Of a stretch of 64,000 bases of DNA, positions 55,160 to 64,000 are shown piece by piece (the stretch's first letter is position 1; every line of letters starts with the position of its first letter). A program made the translations under genes and the position numbers. Origin of the DNA: Octopus vulgaris (Eukaryota); assembly GCA_951406725.2 (NCBI GenBank), contig OX597829.1, positions 32,612,001 through 32,676,000 on the forward strand, in the 5' to 3' direction. The notes under the pieces were generated by a model that did not search any database, had not been told where the DNA came from, and saw nothing but the letters and a program-made list of their open reading frames with translations.

Positions 55160-55995
55160 GGTAAGTAGAGTTAGCGGTTGGAATAACTGTCTAAGGGATA
55201 AGAATATCCGTTCTTAGTACCGGTATCATTTACCTATACCCAAACACACTATTCGACGGAAGAGTTTGAGATAGTCAGTAAATTAGAGGACAGGATGGAA
55301 GGATTGGGGGGAAAAAAAGAGATGAAGGAGTCTAGTTGTTCGTGGGACAATGAAGTTGGAGGTGATGGGAGGAATACGGAAGGAGGAAATGAGGTCATGA
55401 ATAGTGGAAGATACAGTTTGTTGGTAGTTAGACGTGGGGTTGGAGGGAAGAGGGCAATAGAAGGAGGTGTATTGAAGTTATCGGAGAATTCCAGCCTTGA
55501 AAAGGTCTGCACGCCACACCACCACAGTTCCATCCTTGTCGGTCGGTTTTATGACGATACCTTTGCGGCGTCAGAAACAATGAAGGACCGAGAGTTCGGT
55601 CGAGGAGATGCTGAAATGTTCGGGACACCTACGAAAGTTAAACCGGTCCATAACACGTTGGCAGATGCTTGAAAAATGTTTAACTGATTGGAACTGGCCA
55701 GGAACTGGCGTCCAATGGGATGGTGACACGGGGGTGGGATAGGATGAAAGAGGGAGTAGAGTTGATGTTATTTAGAGCAAGCCAGAAAGTCGTGGAAAAG
55801 TTGGTTTAGATAGAGTATGGAGCGTAAGGCGGAATATGCAACGGGTGGTGAGCAGCAGGAGAAAAAGGTGGAATAAGCGAGAGGGAGAAGGCGGTCGAAG
55901 GTGTGTACTTTGGAGAGATTAGAACGAATGATGACACGCATAAAGCGGTAGGAAGTGGTGCAGAGTACGGGTAGGATGGCAAAGGCAGAATGTAA
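55160..55995 (-). mobile_element. Penelope-like element, RT N-terminal fragment
   Basis: A minus frame reads RRKGIVIKPTDKDGTVVVWRADL (~55500-55570), resembling the PLE motif IKPADKG-VVW. Contains stops. Confidence 0.8.
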
Positions 55996-56213
55996 AGTAT
56001 GTATGTATGTATGTATGTATGTATGTATGTATGTATGTATGTATGTATGTATGTATGTATGTATGTATGTATGTGTGTATGTGTAATTTTAAAATAATCA
56101 ACTGTCTTGCGAAAAATACTTTGTGAAATACATACCTCGTGTATAAAAGATTATTGCCTCAGTTTTCGTCTCATAGAAAAGCGTAGGAGATAGAATTATA
56201 AAATGGATCACCG

Positions 56214-56283
56214 GAGACAGGCCCTTAAATTCAGTGTAATGAGACAGGCCCTTAAATTCAATGTAAGGAGACAGGCACTTAAA
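56214..56283. repeat. 27-bp tandem repeat, 2.6 copies
   Basis: Unit gagacaggcccttaaattcaRtgtaaK. Confidence 0.9.
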
Positions 56284-56369
56284 CCCCTGACAATATCTTC
56301 TGTTAATTCTTTTCCAGGATCTTCAATTAACTGTGGTCAAATCTTATATTGAATTCAAAGTATGTCACA

Positions 56370-56790
56370 GGGTCAGCAATTTCGGGGGTGGGGTTAAGTC
56401 GATTACATCAACCCCAGTGCTTAACTAGTACTTGTTTTATCGACCCCGGAAGAATGAAAGGCAAAGTTGACTTCGGCAGAATTTGAACTTAGAACGTTAA
56501 AGATGGACGAAATGCCGCTAAGCATATTGCCTGGCGTGCTAACGATTCTGCCAGCTCATCACTTTAGTCAAGTCTATTAAGGCGGCAGAGCTGGCAGAAT
56601 CGTTATCACGCCTATAAAAATGCTTAGCATTTCGTCCGTCTATATGTTCTGCTTTCAAATTCTGCCGAGGTCGACTTTGCTTTTCATCCTTTCGGATTCG
56701 CTAAAATAAGAAACAATTAAGCACTGGAGTCAATGTAACCCTCACAAAATTTTCAGGCTAAGCCTTGTGCCTATTGTAAAAAGGATTATT
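56370..56790. mobile_element. Two SINE family B copies, head to head
   Basis: A minus-strand copy at ~56370-56560 and a plus-strand copy at 56579-56790. Confidence 0.85.
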
Positions 56791-58418
56791 GTTATTATTA
56801 GTAGTATAAGGTGTAATGTCACATTACTGAAAGCTCTAGCTCTGTCGCGTACAGTTTATAGTTTATCTAACATCACTGTTACTAGTATTACGCTATCATT
56901 ATATTCATTATCATTCCACTATTGAAGATTACGTCTTTGGATTCACTTGAACTATAGTTCTACACTTGAACTACATCTGTTAATTACCCCTTCTTTATTT
57001 GTAGAAAAGCGAAGCAAAGTAGAGTAAACACGAGAGTTGTTGAGTTCATTGCCAAAACATGAAGACACGGCACACAAGATGTGACAACTGTCTGAACCAA
57101 AGTATGACTACAGTCCATATAACACCACAAAACCCCTCCCACACAAACACAGAGGAAAATGTTTCTTCATGGCCAGCTGATTGTGCACCCGATTGAACCT
57201 ACCATGACAAGAATAAGATTAAAAAGTATCAGTAAAAGACTAGAAAAATGAGAAAAGGATAAATAATACAAGACAAACTAAAACGAGTTGTACGAAAACA
57301 TAGACACACTCATATGCACATACAAACACACACATATCCATGCATGCATACATAAATACATGCATAAATACGTATGTGTGTGTATGTGTGTGTGTGCGTG
57401 TGTAGATGGATGGATGCATTCGTGTTTGCATGTACTTATGTGTGTGCGTATGTATATGTTTATGCGTTTATTTATAAAGAGCTGACATTTGTGAAGACCT
57501 AACTTCGCCAAGTGAAATATGTTATAACTCATAAGATATTGTTTTTAAATAAGTAAATAAATAATTAAACAAATATACTACATGTGTGTATGTCTGTATA
57601 TATGTACACGAATATATACACACATAAAACCTTATTTAGAGGTACTCTCATATGTTTTATTATTTTATTTTATTTCTAATTTCTTACTTTTTTTTTTTTT
57701 GCTAATGGAAAAAAAATCACGTTTCTAACCCAGGTGCAAGGCTCCTTCATTGTAAATTTAAACATCAAGAAGGTATTGGTGCATGTTTGTATGTATATGT
57801 GCAAGTATTCGGAATCCGTACATGCGCAGATCTGTTTATTTTGTTTTATGTATTTTTTAGGGTGAACAGTTTGCAATTGAGTTTATATGTATTTCTCATT
57901 TGAAGAGGAAACGTTCACAGATCGTTAATCCGATTTTCTCGCTTGCCATCTTTGGATTGTAATAGAAGAAATACATGCATAACTGATGATGCAGAAAATA
58001 TTACAATATGATTACAAGAAAGAGTTCATTGGATGACCGCTTTGTTGATGTCCATCTTAGAAGAAATACATCGAAATGAAAGATCAGAATGGAATGTATG
58101 CATGTTCAACAGGAAAGGCGATGGGTGTGCCATCCTACACGACGACTAGGAAATGGAAAAGTCATAAGAGCGTCAAACAAACTGATTTGCGGTATTAGTT
58201 ACGGCTCTGTACTCTCTGGGTTCAAATTCCGCTGAAGTCAATTCGCCTTTCATCTTTTCGGTTATCGCTAAATGAGGTACCATTCGAGTACGAGGGTCAA
58301 CGTTTCTGCTACTTAATCCGCAATCTCTCTCTTTCTCTCTTTCGCGCTCTCTCTCTGTCTCCCTCCCTCTCTCTTTGCTGTTCTGTGTTCTGTCTGATTC
58401 CCTCTCTCTCTTTTTCTC

Positions 58419-58474
<56 letters not shown>

Positions 58475-58679
58475 AAAGAGTCGAACGACCTCTTCTCATA
58501 GAATTTTAAGATGACATGTTACTGGAACACTCCAAAGACGAGCCGACGGGTAGTAAAACAGAGAAAGGGAATAAAGAAGACAGACGCTACATACATACAT
58601 ACATACATACATACATACATACATACATACATACATACATACATACATACATACATACATACATACATACATACATACT

Positions 58680-61600
58680 CTTCTAATGATAAATACACAT
58701 ATACATATGAGAAATACGTATATACAGACTCAAAACAAGTCGCGTATTTATCGAAAATACGATGAATACTATCTCCGTCTTTGGAACCACAACTATCAGC
58801 CTTGTTAAATAACTGATTAATCTTCCGATGAATTAACTGAGGGAGGCTTTTATTCACGATCGTTGTGATTTTCGACTGAAACTTGAATTTAGCATGCAGA
58901 GAGACACTACAAACGACATGGCTGGATACAAAATCAACAACAGCACAACCGAGAAACAGAACGAAAACAACAGCTCAACAGTTAAACAAATGATATCTAG
59001 CTGTAGTCATAGACGAAAAACCGTAATTACAAAACTCATTTAACTTACAATTATGAATTAAATACTGATCTATTTAACTGCTACAAAAAAGCGAAACAAA
59101 ACCCCGCTGTTGGCTATATGAATCGATTGAAATCATATGGGACGATCTGCATCATGATTTAAATCATTTTACAGCGAAGCAAGTACGCCAGCAAGCAACA
59201 TTTGCAGAAAATAGGAAGTAGGTTAGTAACTGTAACTTTCTTTCTAAAAAATAACCTGAAAATTAACCTTATTCCAAACCCTATAAACGAAAATATGAAC
59301 GATGTGAGAATATCAAATGGCTTTGCATGCCAGCCAAACTATATTACTGGCTAAAGTAACTGACCGCTGTTCCCCTACTACGATTATGGTAAATAGCAGG
59401 CACAACCGCAACGACTATTGTAGCAGTAGTGATAGTCAGGATTATATACCAGGGAAATGTGTCCTTACTGAAATTTTCCGAGTGAAAATAATTTTGGCTT
59501 TGAAGTACTCTCTCGAGGAGAGACTATTCTCTACCAAAGTAAGTAAAAAAAGACCAGATACGGTATTAAAAGCTGTTAACGAAATTGGTGATGAGTATTT
59601 ACAACAGTGTGATGAACCCACATTATGGCAGATTTAACGCTTGTTTATATGCTCTGTCCACTACTGCAAAACAGTACATGAATGATACGAAAAGTGAACA
59701 AAACCGAAACAACAACGAAAGTACCATCATGGGTTTTGGAGAAGGAGAAAAAGATAACTGGTTTACCGAAGACCATCAGTCATGTAATAATGTTTATTGC
59801 GTGCAGACAAGCAAATCATTATACGTCCTACCAACAGGAAGCAAAGAAGTTGATAGAGGTGATGTTTGGAGACAGCCCTTGCAAACTGATCGTCCTCAAG
59901 CTGTCAGTGAGAAACTCCGACATCAGAAGAGAATAACCGAGAGAAAAACAATAAGCAAAAAATTTAACCGGAATCAAACAGCAGTATACAGAGTCATGAG
60001 AGGAGGAGCAGTGAACATCACAGAAGCTCCTTTACGAGAAGGCATAGACTCTTTCTGGAGGAAAATCTGGAGTGAAGAGAAAGAGTTTAACCAAGATGCT
60101 CTGTGGCTAGAAGAAATCCGAAGAAGTGATTGCCCCAGCATCACACCTAGGGCATACAGCATTGATGGTGATACTCATGCAACTGTGATCCAGAAACTCC
60201 AGGTTGGAAAATTACCGGGAAGAGACTTGATTGTACAAGAAGCTAACATTGTACCGACCATATCTTATCAATCTGTACCAACAAGCTCTCAATGGGACCA
60301 GCAGCATACCACACTGGTTAGCTCTGGCAGATACAAAATTGATCCCCAAATGCCGTGAAACCCACAACATCACCACAGTAAAACAAACAGCTGGGAAGAA
60401 AGGAGTTTGGGGATATGCCGAGCAATTGTTAATCAACAAAACTGTGATGTCAGAGGTGCGAGAGCAGAAGAGGAACCTAGTTTCAACGTGGTTAGACTAC
60501 AAGAAAGCCATTGACTCTGTTCTCCATTCATGGATGCTAGAAGCCCTTCAACTTTCTAAAGTTCCAATGAGCATAGTCAAAGCTATAGCTGACCTGACTT
60601 CATCGTGGGCCACCATTTTGAAATTAAACGCAATAAATGACTGTATTATCACTGTTAGTTTCGCAAGGGCTTATTCAAAGAGGAGAACCTCTCAGTGATT
60701 TTGTTTATACTTACCGTAAACCCCTTATCATTCATGTTAAGGAAGTCTGAAGGATATCTCATTGATTCACAAGGAAACAGAAATAACAAAACTACACACT
60801 GTTTCTTTGTGTATGTCTTGAAAATTTATGCAAAAGATATGCACGAGATAAAAAAAAAAAGAGCCTTGACTTAGTTACAACATTCTCAAAGAATGTAGCA
60901 TTGGAGATTGGTCAAGATAAATGTTGTTATATGGTTGTGAAAAGTGGGGAAACTATAAATCAGACTAGCAACATCTACATCAATGACTTGACTATTTCCC
61001 CTATATCTGATGAGGAATGTTACAGGTATCTAGGCGTGGATGAAAACGTCTTGCAACGACACCTGTAACAAGACACTTGTCACTAAAGAATATTACAACC
61101 GAATAAAGAAGATTTGGACATCAAAACTCTCTGCATTCAATAAAACAGAGGTCCACAACGTGCTTGCAGTGCCAGCACTCATTCCAACATTTGGGCTGCT
61201 TGATGGGACGCTTGATGGGACGCTTGCTGAGATCCGAGTCATTGATGTGAAAACCCGGAAGATACTAACAAGCACACATAATTTTACGCATCAACAGTGA
61301 CGTAGACCGCCTCTACCTAAAACGAAAACAAGGTGACAGAGGCTCAACATCGATCCAAACTGCCTTTGAAAGTCGTATCATATCCCTTCGGCAACATCTT
61401 TTAAGCACAAAGTGTTTAAGTGCATCCCTTAACCAAGTTTGCATACATGAGGCTGATAACATCAAAATACTTGGAAGGCAGCTCCTTCAGCAACATTCCT
61501 AGTCTGATAACCTTAAATACATGCCCAAAGAAATCGCACAGCTCTACCGTAACGTATCAGATGAAAGGATGAGACCATGCATGGATATGTTTGTAGAAAG

Positions 61601-62775
61601 CTCCGAGATGAGAGTAACATTCATCATCAAAGCAGTTTATCATGGATCAACAACCGGATTAGTACCTACGACTTTGAAGGATATGCGTTTGTAATCCAGG
61701 AACAAGAAATACCAACCAAATACTTGATGCACAAAAGAGATAGAGATGCAGGAAAAGCAGTAAAATGTGACAACCGATGCAAACTTTGTGGAGTTAACAC
61801 CAAAGATATTAACCACATCATAAGTAGTTGTCCGAAAATGTCATCATAGTTGTACCTACCGATGAGACATGATGTTGTAGCTAGGACACTCTATAATGAA
61901 ATCCATCAGAAGGATAACCTCGAGGACGAAGAAATATGAATGCATAATATGGTAGAAGTCATAGCCACTCATAATTAAAAGGATTACTGGTGAAATATCC
62001 CAGTGAGCAACCTCAATAAAATGTAAGCACAACAGTCCTGATATAATGATTTGGGATAGAGAAGGAAAACTGTGTACAGTTGTGGAAATTAGCTGTCCAA
62101 CAGATGTTAACGTAAAGCTAAAGAGAACACCTATACTGAACTATTGAGAAATCTGCAGTTACTCTAACCAGATTACAAGTTCAGGTTTATACCTGTAATT
62201 ATTGGAACACTGAGATATGTAACACACTGCCTAAATACCAATCTTGAGAAAATATGCTTCTCAAAACTAGAAAGGAGAAAGCTAATTCGAAGACTACAGA
62301 TCTAGTCCATCACTGGAACTGTAAAAATCTGTAAAACTTTCCAGAAGTTTATCATTTAAATATATATGAGCATGTCTAGATATGCAACTATATGTATGAG
62401 AATACATACATAAAACATACAAACCTGCACATACATATATACATATATTCATGCATACATATACATACATACATACATACATACATACATACATACATAC
62501 ATACATACATACATACATACATACATACATACAAAAATACCCTGTGGTTAATGTTGAAATTCCAATGAAGGAGCCTTGGATCTAAGTTAGAAACCGGTTC
62601 TTTCTCTATTGGCAAGAAATCTTGAAATAAACTGAATAATAACATACATGCATACATACAAAAATACCCTGTTGTTGATGTTGGAATTCCAATGAAGGAA
62701 CCTTGAATCTACGTTGGAAACCGACTCTTTCTCTATTGGCAAAAAATCATGAAATAAAACTGAATAATGACATAC
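58680..62775 (+). mobile_element. Near full-length decayed R4/Dong-type RLE non-LTR retrotransposon
   Basis: KKGVWGYAEQLLINK, WLDYKKAIDSV, YRYLGVDE, RLYLKRKQGDRGS, CKLCGVNTKDINHIISSC and HNSPDIMIWD..VEISCP. (TACA)n on both sides and many frameshifts. Confidence 0.9.
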
Positions 62776-62874
62776 CCACATACAAACATTCATACATGCA
62801 TACATACATATACACATACATACACACATGCCCATACATAGATACATATATACACATTTACACATGCATAATGC

Positions 62875-63420
62875 TACACAAGTGTGTAAGACAGGTTTAC
62901 AAAATACCTACAAAACGTCTACAAAATACCTACCCTTATTACATGCTTGTAGTAGCAAAATCTATTTACAAAATCTCTAGAGAGACTGCCCCGACGGATA
63001 CATCAAAGGCATGTCAGAACCAGCTGGTATTCATACCTTTAAAAACAAGGAATACTGGTGGAATACTGCAATAAAAACATCAGTTCGGTGCAAACACAAC
63101 AAACCTGATATTGTTCTGTGGGACAGGGAGCAAAAGTCATGCACTGTTGTAAAGGTCAGTTGTCCAGTGGATGTGAATATACTATGAAATAATACGAAAC
63201 TTACAACTGTTGTATCTTGACTATAATTGCCATTTGCACCTGTCATCATAAGTGAATTAGACTACATAGCTACGGATTTGCACAAAAACCTCAGGTTGGT
63301 AGGATTTTCTAAGAAAGAACAAAAGAAACTGGCAAGTGCCCTCCACATCCAATCTATTAGTGGAGCTGTAAAGTTTCGTAAGACATTCCAAAGATACTCC
63401 ATCTACGGTTCATTAAATAA
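62875..63420 (+). mobile_element. Second R4/Dong-type 3' fragment
   Basis: EYWWNTAIKTSVRCKHNKPDIVLWD and QSISGAVKFRKTF. Confidence 0.82.
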
Positions 63421-63702
63421 ATATTTGCACACACTTGATTGTGCACATTTACAGAGACACATATGTGAAACGTAATAATGCACACATACACTCTCAACAC
63501 ACACACACACACACACACACACGTCTATGTACTGAAGATACATGAACATAAATACAGGTACATACACTTATATATATATGCACACACTAAATCAATCACA
63601 TATTTATCAACACCGGGAACTCTCTTAACTCAAAACGTCTTGTCACTTTGTTAGCGGCCGCCTTGAACTCAATGTAAAATATACCTACTACATGCATAGA
63701 CA

Positions 63703-63829
<127 letters not shown>

Positions 63830-63923
63830 ACATATATTGGTAAAAACGGTAAGATAACAAAAGAAAGAAAGAGACCTCAATATTATGTAAATAGAGGAAA
63901 TTTATCTGTAAAATAATATGTGA

Positions 63924-63979
63924 AGTTTCGGATGCCGAGGTGGAAATTCACAACACCATCCACCTCGGCATCCGAAACT
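63924..63979. repeat. Perfect 21-bp inverted repeat with a 14-nt loop
   Basis: agtttcggatgccgaggtgga pairs with tccacctcggcatccgaaact. Confidence 0.95.
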
Positions 63980-64000
63980 CAGAGTTTTATCTTGGCTACC

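Noticed and set aside
57980-58006. CTGATGA-tgca-GAAA hammerhead-like string
   Set aside because: No stem I pairing and no stem II loop, so it is likely chance.
62550-62612. Hammerhead in the LINE 3' module (caatgaag...gaaaccgg)
   Set aside because: It lacks CUGANGA and is better explained as a simple stem-loop.

Overview
This is AT-rich eukaryotic, repeat-saturated DNA from an intergenic region or a very large intron. The SINE families and microsatellite load resemble octopod cephalopod genomes (inference from recognition, not a database hit). No intact host protein-coding gene is supported, and most ORFs in the track are microsatellite translations. The window is a graveyard of decayed elements: Jockey/CR1-type, RTE, Tx1/L1 and R4/Dong-type LINEs, Penelope-like fragments, a Gypsy LTR element, mariner, hAT-Charlie, Chapaev-like and Helitron DNA transposons, and at least three tRNA-derived SINE families. 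The strongest unexpected signal is a set of dispersed minimal type I hammerhead ribozyme motifs. Four fold completely or nearly so by eye (423-460, 31144-31201, 51003-51075, 54936-55020) and two are decayed. They sit in different short non-coding elements beside microsatellites, and one lies next to a Penelope RT and a ~200-bp-arm palindrome. Element boundaries are read by eye and are approximate unless a TSD or terminus is quoted.
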